Shown: positions 23,509 to 35,816, counted from the first letter of the stretch. The stretch: DNA of 64,000 bases from Cyanobacteria bacterium LVE1205-1 (GCA_041879355.1 CP089922.1:462172-526171); one strand, 5' to 3'. Notes: generated by a model from the letters alone, not told the origin. Numbers and translations: made by a program.

Positions 23509-24362
23509 CTAAAATCCTAACGTTTCCGTTAAACCGGTTTCTAAAATAGTGTCTGAAAATTCATATAACGTTTTGTCAAAGATAGCTTTGAATATTGTCA
23601 CCGCCTGACCGGATACATAAATGCGTCCGTCCCCTTCCCTCACTCGCACAATTCCACCCCGGGCAGAAGCCTGATGGGCAACCAACTCTGACGTTCCCAG
23701 CCGACCAGCCCAGAATGGAGTCAGGCAGCAATGGGCAGCACCAGTCACCGGGTCCTCATTCACACCCAGAGATGGAGCAAAAAAACGGGACACAAAATCA
23801 AATCCTGGGGTAGAAGCGATGCTTGTCACAATAACCCCTTGGGGATGGAGTGGAGCCAGTAGACTAAAATTAGGCTGTAACTGCTTAACCATAGTCTCTG
23901 AATCAAGTTCAACCAGGTAGGCGAATGAACTTAATCCCACCCATCGGGGTTTAACCCCCAAAGCTGCCTCCAAACCATCTGGCACTGATACCGTCTGACA
24001 GGGAATGGGGGGAAATTAAGTTCGATCCAATCCCCATGCCGTTGGGCAGTTAACAATCCGCTACGGGTAAAGAAACGGGCGGTGGCAGTTGATGCCAAAT
24101 AACCTTCTGTCCATAAAACATGGGCACTTGCCAAGGTTGCATGACCACACAGGTCTACTTCGATTTTGGGAGTAAACCACCGTAAACTGAATCCATCTCC
24201 ATGGGGGAGTAAAAAAGCGGTTTCCGACAAATTCATTTCCCTAGCCACATGTTGCAGCCAGGCAGATGAACGCATTTCAGGCAAAATGCACACGGCGGCA
24301 GGATTTCCAGAAAAAGGGCGATTTGTAAATGCATCGACTTGGATTAACTGCCAATTCATCAT
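23509..24362 (-). CDS. PhzF-family (phenazine biosynthesis-like) isomerase; frameshift at G6 run near 24005
   Basis: N-terminus IQVDAFT...GNPAAV...ETAF typical of PhzF family; C-terminal half in second frame. Confidence 0.7.
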
Positions 24363-24392
24363 AGGGTCGGGGTGGTGGGTGAAAGGGTTTCT

Positions 24393-25040
24393 TTACCGAC
24401 GAGCAACAATCGTGCGGTGGCGGGGGCTATTCCCCACAACCGTGGGGGGCTGAAAACCAACGGAGTGGAGAGCCTGACTAAAATCCAATTTAAAGTACTC
24501 ATCTAAATAGGGTTCTGTACTTTTGAGAAGGGTTAAAATGTAAGGCTTCATCTGAGCATAGACGGGAGACTGGGGATTCATATCCATCATGGCAAAGTAA
24601 CCACCAGGACGAAGTAAGCGGTGAACCTCCCTCAGGATGGCGATGGCTGCTTCCTCTGGTAATTCATGAAACAGAAGAAACCCAGATACCAAATCAAAAG
24701 ACTGATCTGGCAACCCAGTTGCTTCGGCAGCAGCATGGAGCCAGGTGGGGGGTGAAACTGGATGGGAGTGGTATGGAACAGGGATGCGGGCTGGAGCTTG
24801 GTGCTGAGCAACGGATAAAAAGTAGGGGGATAGGTCAATACCCACCACCTCAGCCCTCGGATAATTGACCTGAAGTGCGGCAGTACTCATGCCAACACTA
24901 CAACCTAAATCAAGTATCTTCAATGGTGAGGAGATATGAGATTGAAGGATTTGATGATAACTTTGGCGTAACCGGGCATCTCCATGGGCATCAACTGCTC
25001 CCCAAACACGACTATGAACCGCATAGGCAGCTACTTCCAC
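24393..25040 (-). CDS. Class I SAM-dependent methyltransferase (N-terminus may extend to about 25231)
   Basis: ILDLGCSVGMSTAAL motif I, LLRPGGYFAMMD; GTG start; upstream region open in two frames. Confidence 0.65.
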   Translation of the reverse strand: MEVAAYAVHSRVWGAVDAHGDARLRQSYHQILQSHISSPLKILDLGCSVGMSTAALQVNYPRAEVVGIDLSPYFLSVAQHQAPARIPVPYHSHPVSPPTWLHAAAEATGLPDQSFDLVSGFLLFHELPEEAAIAILREVHRLLRPGGYFAMMDMNPQSPVYAQMKPYILTLLKSTEPYLDEYFKLDFSQALHSVGFQPPTVVGNSPRHRTIVARR

Positions 25041-25340
25041 TTCAAAAGCTGCTTCCCAAGATAAGTTTCCATCTGCATAACCATGGAAAGAAGTGACATA
25101 ATAATCGGGGTAGGATAAACCCGGAGTGGTAACCTGGCTGAGAATCCAAGGACCAATCTCGTGTATTTAAGAGTGCCACATGCCCTACCCAATCCACCCC
25201 AATTTGATAGGCTCGCTGGATCATCATTTGTTTAGCTTTGGTTTTCGCCCAGTTAGCAAGGGATGGGAAAGACAGGATTCTGTTTACGATGGAACTGGTA
25301 AAACCAATGGCTGGGGGAATGGGAATAGAAGATAAAAAAA

Positions 25341-26246
25341 TCATAATTCCAGCTTTTGTAACAAGGAGCGGGTGGATACAATATGTCGATGTAAGCCCAA
25401 CTGTTGGGGTGGGATCCCCAATGCCAGTCCAACTAATTGGGGCAGGTGTAAAATCGGCAACCCCAGTTTTTGTCCAGTCACTTGTTCCACTTCCGGTTGA
25501 CGAGAATCTAAGTTCAAATGACAAAGGGGACAGGGGGTAACAATACAATCAGCCCCATGGGCGATCGCTTCCTGTATATGTCCCCCTGCCAACTTAAAAG
25601 ATGATTCGGTGGCATAACTGGCAATTGGCCAGCCACAACATTGGGTTCGTCCCGAATAGTAGATTGGGGTTGCTCCCACTGCTCGAAATAGATTTTCCAT
25701 TGATTCTGGTTGAAATGGATCATCCAAGGGCAGATGTTTTTGTGCACGCAGTAAGTAGCAACCATAAAAAGCCGCACACCTCAAGCCAACCAAAGACTTG
25801 GTAATTTTTTCCTGAATTGCCTCCAACCCATAATCACCGACCAGAACCCATAATAAATGAGTCACGGTGGTAGTACCGTGATAAGGGCTGCATTGTTCTT
25901 TCCGGAGTAACCCATTAACGCGCTGGAAATAATCAGGATGATTAATTTTGGCATCCTTCAGCCGATCATCCACTTGCCCGATAACCCCTTGACAGGTACT
26001 GCAATGGGTTAAAAGCGGTAGTTTCAATTCTTCTGCCAAAGAAATATTACGGGCATTGACAGTGTCTTCTAAAAGCTGAGAGTCTTCCTTGAATGTTCCC
26101 GAACCGCAACAAGCGGCCTGCTTTAGTTCTATCAGTTCAATGCCTAGGGCTTTACTTAAGGATTGGGTGGATTGGTGTAACTCCCGACAAGCACCCTGGG
26201 CAACACAGCCGGGATAGTAAGCATATTTTAGAGGGGAGGTGGGCAT
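25341..26246 (-). CDS. CCG-domain cysteine-rich protein, heterodisulfide reductase subunit B-like
   Basis: Two cysteine-rich CCG-type segments (YPGCVAQGAC...CCGSG; FYGCYLL...CCGWP...PCPLCH). Confidence 0.7.
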   Translation of the reverse strand: MPTSPLKYAYYPGCVAQGACRELHQSTQSLSKALGIELIELKQAACCGSGTFKEDSQLLEDTVNARNISLAEELKLPLLTHCSTCQGVIGQVDDRLKDAKINHPDYFQRVNGLLRKEQCSPYHGTTTVTHLLWVLVGDYGLEAIQEKITKSLVGLRCAAFYGCYLLRAQKHLPLDDPFQPESMENLFRAVGATPIYYSGRTQCCGWPIASYATESSFKLAGGHIQEAIAHGADCIVTPCPLCHLNLDSRQPEVEQVTGQKLGLPILHLPQLVGLALGIPPQQLGLHRHIVSTRSLLQKLEL

Positions 26247-26605
26247 GAATGGAGAAGAGAGAAGGGATAAATGATGGTTTCATCCTGGATTAGGATTAGT
26301 TTATGAATGAACGAACCATCCCAATTAGTTTGGGTAGTCCTGAACCAGTAAGAATAGGAATTGGTTGGGGGCTTCGCCCTCCTATAGGGCAACGCCTTTA
26401 CCACACCGTTTCAATTTTTACCTTTTTATTGCCACCCTGCTTTGAATTAGATTTTTACTTTAATATTAACCACAAACCCGATGGTTTTTGAACGAAATCT
26501 GAAAAACAAGACCGATAGACCGATAATTTAGTCTCATATCCTCCTGACGCTGATCCTTTGGGGTTGAGTCTGGACATCATCCCATCCCTTGTTAGTTAAG
26601 TTTAG

Positions 26606-28220
26606 GTGATTACAGTGACATTCAATCTTAGAACCATAGCAACGATAAAGCGGTTATTGGGTGAACATCCCTTTGCCTGGGCATGGGTGGGATTAATTAT
26701 CCTTTCCATCATCGGTTGTCAATCTGGTGTTACCACCAATCCTCGTTTTTCCCCAAGTTCAGGACAAATTATTCTTGGAACGACAGCTCGAATTCGTACC
26801 CTTGATCCCGCTGATGCCTATGAAATTTTTTCTGGCACGGTTTTATATAATCTGGGCGATCGCCTCTACATAGCCGACCCTGAAACCGGAAACCTAGTTC
26901 CCCAACTAGCAATGACCATGCCTGTCATTAGTAATGACGGACTCACCTATACTATTCCTTTACGTCAAGGAGTTGTATTTCACAATGGCAGCCCCTTTGA
27001 TGCCAACGCCATGGTCTTTTCCCTGCAACGGTTTATCTCCAATGAAGGTAGTCCCTCTTTTTTGCTGGGCGATGTGGTGAAGTCTATTGTTGCCACGGGT
27101 GACTATGAGTTAACCATTACCTTAAAACAACCCTTTGCAGCTTTTCCATCCCTATTGACCGTACCCGGGATGTGTGCCGTTGCCCCCAATGTATATAAAA
27201 TTGGGGCTGGACAATTTAACCCAGATAGTTTTGTGGGCACTGGTCCCTATCAATTAGTTCAATCCAGTCCCGACTCCCTCAAAATGGAGCGCTTTGAGCA
27301 ATATTGGGGGGAGCGAGCCGCCAATCCTGGTGTTAGTATTCAGTTTTTTACCAGTGGTGCCAATTTGTTCAATGGGTTTCGCTCCGGTTCCGTTGATGTG
27401 GCGTATCAAACCCTGGATGTGGATCAGATTCTTGCATTGCAGCGGGATGGTCAATCCCGGGGTTGGCAAATGATAGAAGGACCTGGTAATGGGATTCATT
27501 ATTTGAGTCTCAACTTACAACAACCACCCCTTGATAACCCCCTGGTTCGCAAAGCAATTGCAGCACTGATTGATCGACCGCTGTTACAAGACCGGGTCTT
27601 TCGTGGTCAGGTGGAGCCCCTGTATAGCCTCATCCCTTCCACCGTCACTGGGAGTAGACCCGTCTTTCAATCTCCCTATGGAGATGGTAATGCCCAAAAA
27701 GCGAAAGCTTGGTTACTTGAAGCAGGATATTCTTCTGCCAACCCGCTTCGGGTTGAGTTATGGTATCGTTCTAATTTGACAAATAATGTTATTGCTGCCC
27801 AAACCCTACAGGCTTCTATCCATCAAAAACTTGGAGATTTGATTACTTTGGAACTACAAGGTGTAGAGTCGGCAACTGCCTATCAGAATCTGGATAAGGG
27901 AGTATATCCAGATGATCATGCTAGATTGGAGTCCTGATTTTTTGGATGCTGATAACTACCTGCAACCATTTTTGGATTGCAGCCAAGGTAAGGCACCCAA
28001 CCAATGCGAATCGGGGGCAAGTAAATTACAGGGTTCATTTTATTTTAGCGATCGCGCCAATCAATTAATCAGTCAATCGCGCCAAACCAATAATGAGAGT
28101 ATGCGGCTAACCCTACTCAACCAACTACAAACCCTGGTGGCAGAGGACATTCCCTTCATTCCCCTTTGGCAAAATAAGGAATTTTTATTTATCCAGGATA
28201 GGATTGAGGGGGCAAGTTAG
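26606..28220 (+). CDS. ABC transporter substrate-binding lipoprotein, family 5 (peptide/nickel type); frameshift at T6 run near 27935
   Basis: Signal peptide with lipobox IIGC; C-terminal 102-aa ORF continues in another frame. Confidence 0.7.
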
Positions 28221-28573
28221 GAAAAACCCAGAAATTAAACTTTGGTCGATTAAAGAAACAACTTTAGGAGGGAGTGATTCATTCGATCTAACGAATTGAC
28301 ACCCCTCATCTCTCCCCGACTTTTTCTTAAGACGCAATACATTCGGTCAAAAAGTAATATCTCGGTCATTTAATGTGTGCTTTTGATGCATTTCATGTCC
28401 TATAATTAAAGATCTTTCACTAGAGAAAAATATGCCTTAAAATTTATCAAGGGCTGGAAACATTTCTCAAGTCAAACCTAAAATAAATACTGGTCGTTTA
28501 TGTACCCGATCAGTATGTTGTCTAACTTAAAACTTCAATTAACCTAACGGAGATCGTACAGGAATCACCCAGC

Positions 28574-29602
28574 ATGATAACTCAGGACACCCCTATTGAT
28601 ATTGGCTTTACTCGCGAGGATTTCGCCGCATTACTCGATAAATATGACTACCATTTCAGTCCTGGTGACATTGTCGCTGGGACTGTATTCAGTTTGGAGC
28701 CTAAGGGTGCCCTGATTGACATTGGTGCTAAAACTGCCGCCTATATTCCCATCCAGGAAATGTCCATTAATCGTGTCGATAATCCTGAGGAAGTTTTACA
28801 GTCCAATGAAACCAGAGAATTTTTTATTCTCACTGAGGAAAATGATGATGGACAATTGACCCTGTCAATTCGACGAATTGAGTATATGCGAGCTTGGGAA
28901 AGGGTTCGTCAACTCCAAGCTGAAGATGCTACGGTGCGCTCCGCTGTTTTTGCAACGAATCGTGGCGGAGCCTTAGTGAGAATAGAAGGGCTCCGGGGTT
29001 TTATTCCTGGTTCTCACATTAGTACTCGCAAGCCAAAAGAAGATTTAATGGGTGAAGACCTCCCACTGAAATTTCTAGAAGTGGATGAGGATCGAAATCG
29101 TTTGGTTTTAAGCCATCGACGGGCGTTAGTCGAACGGAAGATGAACCGACTGGAAGTGGGTGAAGTATTATTGGGTACGGTACGGGGTATTAAGCCCTAT
29201 GGAGCATTCATTGATATTGGCGGTGTGAGTGGTCTTTTACATATTTCAGAAATCTCCCATGACCATATCGATACCCCCAGCAGCGTTTTCAATGTCAATG
29301 ATGAACTGAAAGTCATGATTATTGATTTGGATGCTGAACGGGGACGCATCTCCCTGTCTACAAAACAACTGGAACCGGAACCTGGTGCGATGGTTAAAAA
29401 CCCAGGACTGGTCTATGATAAGGCAGATGAAATGGCAGCTAAATATCGAGAACAGATGCGTGTTAAGTTGGAAGGTATTCCACCTTTATCTATTTCATTG
29501 GAACCTGTGGTTCTGGAAGAAGACCTCCCCCAGCCGTTGAAGACGTTGAGTAAATCAAATCTAATTAAACGCAATCCGCTTACATTTCTCCCTAGGGTGT
29601 AG
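28574..29602 (+). CDS. rpsA: 30S ribosomal protein S1
   Basis: 342 aa with repeated S1 domains (GDIVAGTV..., GEVLLGTVRGIKPYGAFIDIGG...). Confidence 0.85.
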   Translation: MITQDTPIDIGFTREDFAALLDKYDYHFSPGDIVAGTVFSLEPKGALIDIGAKTAAYIPIQEMSINRVDNPEEVLQSNETREFFILTEENDDGQLTLSIRRIEYMRAWERVRQLQAEDATVRSAVFATNRGGALVRIEGLRGFIPGSHISTRKPKEDLMGEDLPLKFLEVDEDRNRLVLSHRRALVERKMNRLEVGEVLLGTVRGIKPYGAFIDIGGVSGLLHISEISHDHIDTPSSVFNVNDELKVMIIDLDAERGRISLSTKQLEPEPGAMVKNPGLVYDKADEMAAKYREQMRVKLEGIPPLSISLEPVVLEEDLPQPLKTLSKSNLIKRNPLTFLPRV

Positions 29603-29927
29603 CCCACTTTCCCTAGGGTTGAGTCCCAAAGCCCTTGAAGTCCATCTCCAGTGTAGAGGGGGACTTCATAAGGCTATTTGATAAATTCTATAGAATGGTC
29701 TAGTTTCTAAGGTTACATTACTTTTCATTTTTGTTACCCTTGTTCTAGACATATTCATTGGGGTGCATCTTGCCTTTCCATCTCTCACCCTAAATCCAGC
29801 TCCGACTCCCCCACTTTGGAAGAAGGGGTTGGGGGATGAGGGCAAATTTACAAAACGGGGATATACTCTATTCAATCTTGCTTCACGTGATCTACTGACA
29901 AATATCACAGTGAAAAAACAACCCATT

Positions 29928-30821
29928 ATGCGTCACGCCATTCTCATAGTATCTCTCATTCCCAGCCTCTGCTTCCTTGGTTGTGCCAACGAACCTAAAC
30001 TTGAGAGTTCCTCACTTGCTCCCACCACTGTCACCCAATCTGTAATTGAACCAGAGGGTAAACAGGCGAATACAAAGACAGACCTGCCCGGTGTTCAACT
30101 AAATCTGGTAAAAAAAGCTCAACTAACCCTTGTAATAGAGAATATGGATCAGACGATCCAGGCAATTACCAGATTAATTCGTACTCGACAGGGTGATATT
30201 CTCAACTTGGAAAAACTGTATCCCACCGAACCAGGAAGCCGTCAAACTGCTTCTTTGAGTATCCGCATTCCCCAGCAACAATTGGATGACGTTTTAACTC
30301 AATTGACCAAACTAGGGGTGGTACGGCAGCAATCTCAAACCGCAGAAGATGTCTCGAGTCAGTTAGTGGATTTTAAGGCACGATTACGGAACTTGCGTCG
30401 TTCCGAAGAGATGCTATTGCAAATTATGGGGAGATCGGGTTCGGTGGGGGATGTGTTAAAGGTTAGCCAAGAACTGAGTGGGGTTAGGGAAAGTATTGAG
30501 CAAATTGATGGGCAGTTAACCAATTTGCAATCTCAGGTGACCTACTCCACGATTACGATTGCATTAGAGCAACAGACCATAACAACCCCCTTCCAAAAAC
30601 ATCCTGGTGGCATCTTAGTTGAAAGTTGGACAACTGCCACCCGTTCAGTGGTGGACTTTACCTTAGGATTAGCGCAACTGACCCTCTGGATTCTTGCATA
30701 TAGTCCCTATCTTCTTATAACGGGGGGTGGAGTATATTGGATAAAAACCCGTTATCTTCCCCGGCTCAAGGAAAAAAGTCCATCATCAGTCCACCACTCC
30801 CAATCCAAAGGGAAGCTATGA
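29928..30821 (+). CDS. DUF4349-like lipoprotein with C-terminal transmembrane segment
   Basis: Start at internal Met giving lipoprotein signal ...SLCFLGC; coiled-coil central region; hydrophobic C-terminus. Confidence 0.45.
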   Translation: MRHAILIVSLIPSLCFLGCANEPKLESSSLAPTTVTQSVIEPEGKQANTKTDLPGVQLNLVKKAQLTLVIENMDQTIQAITRLIRTRQGDILNLEKLYPTEPGSRQTASLSIRIPQQQLDDVLTQLTKLGVVRQQSQTAEDVSSQLVDFKARLRNLRRSEEMLLQIMGRSGSVGDVLKVSQELSGVRESIEQIDGQLTNLQSQVTYSTITIALEQQTITTPFQKHPGGILVESWTTATRSVVDFTLGLAQLTLWILAYSPYLLITGGGVYWIKTRYLPRLKEKSPSSVHHSQSKGKL

Positions 30822-30912
30822 ATGGGTATTCTTTTTCATTTGACACAAACTAGTTTACAGTGTCCTCCCCGACATCAAAACATTAGACCCTCAGTCTTTA
30901 GACCTGAGAGTC

Positions 30913-31458
30913 TCATTTACGTTCCATACTTTCTAAATATTCTTTATACCCTAGGCTTTCCAGATCAACCTGTTTTTCCATCACTTTACTAGTTAGCTCA
31001 TGGCGATAACATTGCACCTTCACTAATAGGTCTGGTTGATGGGATGCTAAAATCTGTATTGCAAGCAGTCCAGCATTATGAGCATTACCAATGGCTACGG
31101 TAGCCACTGGAATACCATTAGGCATTTGGACAATGGAATATAACGAATCAACCCCCTGCAAATAACGGGTAGGTATGGGCACGCCAATTACAGGTAAAGG
31201 AGTTAGGGCAGCCACCATGCCTGGTAAATGAGCAGCACCTCCCGCACCGGCAATAATCACCTTTAAGCCTCGACGGTGGGCATTTTGGGCATAGGAAACC
31301 ATACGGTCAGGGGTACGATGGGCTGAAATAATAGCCACTTCAGTGGGCACTGCAAATCTTTCACACACAACAATAGCCGCTTCCATCGTGGGTAGGTCGG
31401 AATCACTACCCATAATGATGCCAATCGATGGTTCTGGGAGAGATGTCATGGATGACAT
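30913..31458 (-). CDS. purE: N5-carboxyaminoimidazole ribonucleotide mutase PurE
   Basis: [41 protein letters not shown]. Confidence 0.9.
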   Translation of the reverse strand: MSSMTSLPEPSIGIIMGSDSDLPTMEAAIVVCERFAVPTEVAIISAHRTPDRMVSYAQNAHRRGLKVIIAGAGGAAHLPGMVAALTPLPVIGVPIPTRYLQGVDSLYSIVQMPNGIPVATVAIGNAHNAGLLAIQILASHQPDLLVKVQCYRHELTSKVMEKQVDLESLGYKEYLESMERK

Positions 31459-31505
31459 AATGAGTCCATAGAATTAATCGAACCAAAAACCGCCCTTAAT
31501 CTGAG

Positions 31506-31949
31506 TTAACCACGATTTTTGATTAACATTACTTCAATGATTTGAGATGCCAATTCATCGGAGATATTGAGTAAAGTCGCCAACTTTGCTAAAAAAGCCT
31601 CTTCTTCCTCTGTTTCAATACTATCAGCTAACACTAGGTCAGCCGCAATGGCAAATGCAGTTGTCTTTAAGTCTGAAGAGATTACCGTTGTTGATTGTAG
31701 GAGGGAATCAACCCCTTCATTTCTCAAAATATTCAATAATTTATCAAACAACTTACGCATTGATTCATCTGATGCAGTTTGAAATAACTTCATCCGTGAC
31801 AAGGAAGAAGACATGGCTTTTGTCTCTTCAGCCGATAAATAACCATCGGAAGCAATTGCAGCTAATGCAATGGAAGCGATCGCCTCAGCCTCTGGGTTGA
31901 TTTCATCCTTGATATCCCCTTGTAAACCAAACGCTTGTAGTAATCCCAT
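31506..31949 (-). CDS. TerB-like (tellurite resistance family) protein
   Basis: 147 aa, acidic helical protein with two TerB-like repeats (AIAS/ADxxL, EE..FL..LA..L.IS). Confidence 0.45.
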   Translation of the reverse strand: MGLLQAFGLQGDIKDEINPEAEAIASIALAAIASDGYLSAEETKAMSSSLSRMKLFQTASDESMRKLFDKLLNILRNEGVDSLLQSTTVISSDLKTTAFAIAADLVLADSIETEEEEAFLAKLATLLNISDELASQIIEVMLIKNRG

Positions 31950-32031
31950 GGGTAAAACTCCTCAATCAAATGCTAAACCCTGGTGGAAGGAAATACCCCA
32001 AGGGATACTGCCCCACACCAGAGAAACCCCA

Positions 32032-32670
32032 TCAAAGCAAATACAAGATCAAAAATAAAACAATCCAGATCACATCCACAAAATGCCAGTACAATTCTGC
32101 CACTTCAATACCAAAGTGATGATCTGGGGAATAATGCCCCGGCTTAAATGAACGCCACAGAACCGCTAACATGGCACCAATCCCCAAACAAACATGTAAG
32201 CCATGGAAGCCCGTGAGAACATAAAAAGTACTGGTAAATACATTATCCTTTAGCCCAAAGCCGGTGTGATTATACTCATAGAGTTGACCAAACAGGAATA
32301 TAATACCCATGACAATGGTTAACAGGAACCAGAACTGCATTCCCTTCACGTTATTTTTTTTAATTGCTGTATCCGCATTATGGATTACAAAGCTACTGGA
32401 AACCAGAATTAAAGTATTGATACCAGGCAAAAGCAGTTCTAATTCCGGAGTACCCGCAGGAGGCCATTCCGGAGCCACCACCCGAAATGCACCATAGGCA
32501 ACAAATAGCCCCAAAAAAATCATGCCTTCGGCAATTAAAAAAATAATCAGACCAAACATGCGGTGATCGGGATGGGCTTCACCATGACCATGAATTGGTT
32601 CATGGGTAGGGATCAGTAGTTGGGAATCAATGGCAGGAGTTTGCATAGGACAAGGAGGGATTGGGAACAC
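32032..32670 (-). CDS. ctaE: Cytochrome c oxidase subunit III
   Basis: 212 aa; heme-copper oxidase subunit III pattern, conserved TGFHGLHV. Confidence 0.85.
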   Translation of the reverse strand: MFPIPPCPMQTPAIDSQLLIPTHEPIHGHGEAHPDHRMFGLIIFLIAEGMIFLGLFVAYGAFRVVAPEWPPAGTPELELLLPGINTLILVSSSFVIHNADTAIKKNNVKGMQFWFLLTIVMGIIFLFGQLYEYNHTGFGLKDNVFTSTFYVLTGFHGLHVCLGIGAMLAVLWRSFKPGHYSPDHHFGIEVAELYWHFVDVIWIVLFLILYLL

Positions 32671-32709
32671 CGTTTATAAAAAATCAGAATCATGGAGGGA
32701 ATCTACACC

Positions 32710-34378
32710 TCATCGCCAAAGGTCGGCTGCCTTAACCTGGGACATAGGACGTTTACCGGGGTTATAGTCTTTACCATAGTCATAGGGGTCAGGAACAAAG
32801 GGAGGCTCACCCAAATAATTTTCAATTGGCGGCGGAGAAAGGGTTTGCCATTCAGGAGAAATTGCATTCCAAGGGTTTGCTCCAGCCTTAGGACCCCTTA
32901 CCCAACTGTATACTGCATTAATAACAAATGGAATTGTTGAAACTGCCAAAAGGTAAGCACCAATGGAACAAATTAGATTAATTGCGGCAAATTGGGGGTC
33001 ATACTCCGCCACTCGACGAGGCATTCCAGCCAATCCCACCTTGTGCATTGGTAAAAAGCACAGGTTAAAACCAACTAAGGTTAAAACAAAATGCACCTTG
33101 CCCCACGTTTCATTGATCATACGACCCGTCATCTTGGGAAACCAGTGATAAATAGCTGCATAGAGACCAAAAACACTCCCCCAAAGAGGACGTAATGTAA
33201 ATGGGCAACTACGAAATAAGTATCATGGACATGAATATCAAAGGGAGCAGAGGCTAACATCACCCCACTTAATCCGCCAATGACAAACATGGAAACAAAT
33301 CCCATGGCAAATAACATCCCACTGTTAAGCCTCAGTTTGCCTCCCCACACCGTAGCCACCCAACTAAAGACTTTAATACCTGTGGGAACCGCAATCACCA
33401 TGGTGGCAACCATAAAAAACATTCGTAACCAACCGGGTACGCCGCTGGTAAACATATGATGAGCCCAAACGATTAAACCCAAGAAGCTAATTGCCAGACT
33501 GGAATAGGCGATCGCCTGATAGCCAAAAATTGGTTTTCGAGCATGAACGGGTAAGATTTCAGAGACCAACCCAAAAACTGGCAGAATCATAATGTATACC
33601 GCCGGGTGGGAGTAAAACCAGAACATATGTTGGTAAACAATTGGATCCCACCACCGGTTGGATTGAAAAAAGAAGTACCACCGATCAGGTCAAAGCATAG
33701 AAGGATTAGGGCTCCTGCTAAAACAGGAGTGGAAATCAGTACCAATGCAGAAGAGGATAACATTGCCCAACAAAAGAGGGGCATATTATTCAACCCAATT
33801 CCGGGTCTTCGCATCAGTAGAAGAGTGGTAATAAAGTTGACAGCTCCCAAAATGGAAGAAGTACCCAAAATTAATAAACTAAGAATCCAAATTAACTCTC
33901 CCCATTTACCATTCATGAGACTTAGAGGAGGATAGGATGTCCACCCAGATGCCGGGGCACCGACCAAAAAACTAGACATTAGTAAAATGCCACCAGGAGG
34001 AATTAACCAGAAGGCAATGGCATTTAAGCGGGGGAAAGCCATATCCCGTGCCCCAATCATTAATGGAAGGAGAAAATTACCAAACGCACCATTTGCCGCC
34101 GGTACAATCCATAGAAAGATCATGACCGTAGCATGCATGGTAAACAAACTATTGTATAGTTCACGGCTGACAAAATCCACTTCAGGGGTGGATAATTCCT
34201 TCCGAACTGCTGTAGCTAAAGCTCCACCAACGAGGTAGAACAAAAAAGATGTCACCAGATATTGAATACCAATCACCTTGTGGTCAGTATTGAATGTAAA
34301 GTAATCCCACCATTTTCGTTCCGTTAGCTCTGGAGATGGATTAACAGGGAGAATTCCGTCCAACTGGGCTGTAATCAT
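32710..34378 (-). CDS. ctaD: Cytochrome c oxidase subunit I; split into three ORFs by two apparent frameshifts
   Basis: ORFs 33587..34378, 33129..33626, 32710..33132 give a contiguous ~556-aa subunit I with His ligand regions (WAHHMF, HDTYFVVAHLHY). Confidence 0.9.
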
Positions 34379-34420
34379 AAAAAAGAGTCACTAAATTACT
34401 TAGATAACAAACAATCAATC

Positions 34421-35521
34421 TTAACCATCGTGATGGGGGTGGACTTGAGCCAGAGTCAGTTCTGAGATACCCATTTCAGCCAGACGGGGGGCTAAACGGG
34501 TCTCCTCACTTTGGCTCTGCCCTGCAGAGGCAATGGTGGGGTGATCAGATGGAGTGCTATCCGCTAACTGTTGTTGCACCCAAGCATCATAATCAGACTG
34601 GGGTTCAATGATTACTTGGGAACGCATGGCACCGTGGAATGAACCACACAGTTCGGCGCATACAATGGGATAGGTACCAATTACAGTTGGCTTAAACCAC
34701 AATTCAGTCTCTCGCCCGGGAATCGCATCCTGTTTCAGACGGAACTGGGGAACCCAAAAAGCATGGAGTACATCCATCGCCTTAATTTTCAGTTGCACAT
34801 CCTGTCCCACGGGGAGATGGAGTTCACCACTGGTGATACCACTGTCCGGATAGTTAAAAATCCAAGCATATTGCAACCCAGTTACATCCACAGTGACCCC
34901 AGTTCCTTTTACATTGGCAGGGGCGGTAAAGCCAATGGTTGCCAATCTAGGTTCAGTTGGAGATGTCTGGTTCGTTGAATTTAAGGGGGCGGCGATGGCT
35001 GCTCCCTTCATGGAATGATGGTGAGCCTGCATTGCTATCTGCTCTAGTCCACCGATGGAGTTATATACTTCAAAACTATAAACGGACAAACCTAATACAA
35101 TAATGGCGGGAATGCCTGTCCAAAGGATTTCTAGGGGTAAATTTTCCTTCCAGGGGGGACCATCTGTTTCATCATCCTTAGGTTTACGAAACTTAAACAG
35201 GGCAAAAATTAACGCCCCTTGTACCAAAAGAAACAACCCAACGGAAAGGGTAATCATGGTGTCAAACAGCCCATCAATTAAGGGGGCGTTGACTGAAGCA
35301 GCAACCGGTAATAATCCATGGTGTTGTCCCACCCAGAAACTGATGAGGGTGATTAAAACGCCCACTATTAATGTTGCAATATTGGTTGGAATATTCACAA
35401 TTAACCTTTCGATAGAGGATAAATTAGAGTTCGCTTGCGACAATACACATGGGACAAATGGGGACTGGGAAGGAATTGACCATTTCACCGGATACCATGA
35501 CTGACAAGTTCGTTCCATCAA
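34421..35521 (-). CDS. ctaC: Cytochrome c oxidase subunit II (start probably internal)
   Basis: CuA centre HAFWVPQF...CAELCGSFHGAM; transmembrane N-terminus. Confidence 0.85.
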   Translation of the reverse strand: MMERTCQSWYPVKWSIPSQSPFVPCVLSQANSNLSSIERLIVNIPTNIATLIVGVLITLISFWVGQHHGLLPVAASVNAPLIDGLFDTMITLSVGLFLLVQGALIFALFKFRKPKDDETDGPPWKENLPLEILWTGIPAIIVLGLSVYSFEVYNSIGGLEQIAMQAHHHSMKGAAIAAPLNSTNQTSPTEPRLATIGFTAPANVKGTGVTVDVTGLQYAWIFNYPDSGITSGELHLPVGQDVQLKIKAMDVLHAFWVPQFRLKQDAIPGRETELWFKPTVIGTYPIVCAELCGSFHGAMRSQVIIEPQSDYDAWVQQQLADSTPSDHPTIASAGQSQSEETRLAPRLAEMGISELTLAQVHPHHDG

Positions 35522-35816
35522 GGTTGTTGACTGGTGCTGTTAATTTTATCCCCGTACCTTAAAATAATCAAACTAAAATCGAATTCAATAAAATTGATAC
35601 GGTTCTCCATTGGTAATTGATTTAATTTAATCTATGTTCCTACGTTAAAACGACTTTTCGGAATCGGCTTAACTTTAAGTCCATCTTTAAGGTTTTTTTC
35701 GGGATCGCTTCATTGATGGGTGAATTAATCCTCAATTTCTTACCACCTGAACTGGGGAATTCTTCCCGTAGGTCATGGCTGCTACTAGGGACATGCCATA
35801 CTCGTCACCCCAAACC

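Noticed and set aside
25042-25548. 168-aa minus-strand ORF and overlapping plus-strand ORF 25238..25540
   Set aside because: Overlaps the 3' end of the CCG-domain gene and has low-complexity composition; at most its 3' part is a frame-shifted N-terminal extension of the methyltransferase
29603-29680. Possible terminator hairpin after rps1 (GAAGTCC...GGACTTC)
   Set aside because: Stem is short with a 17-nt loop and is not followed by a T-run; too weak to call
29666-29926. 86-aa minus-strand ORF upstream of the DUF4349-like gene
   Set aside because: No motif support; sits in the leader of the plus-strand lipoprotein gene, which has a better start at 29928
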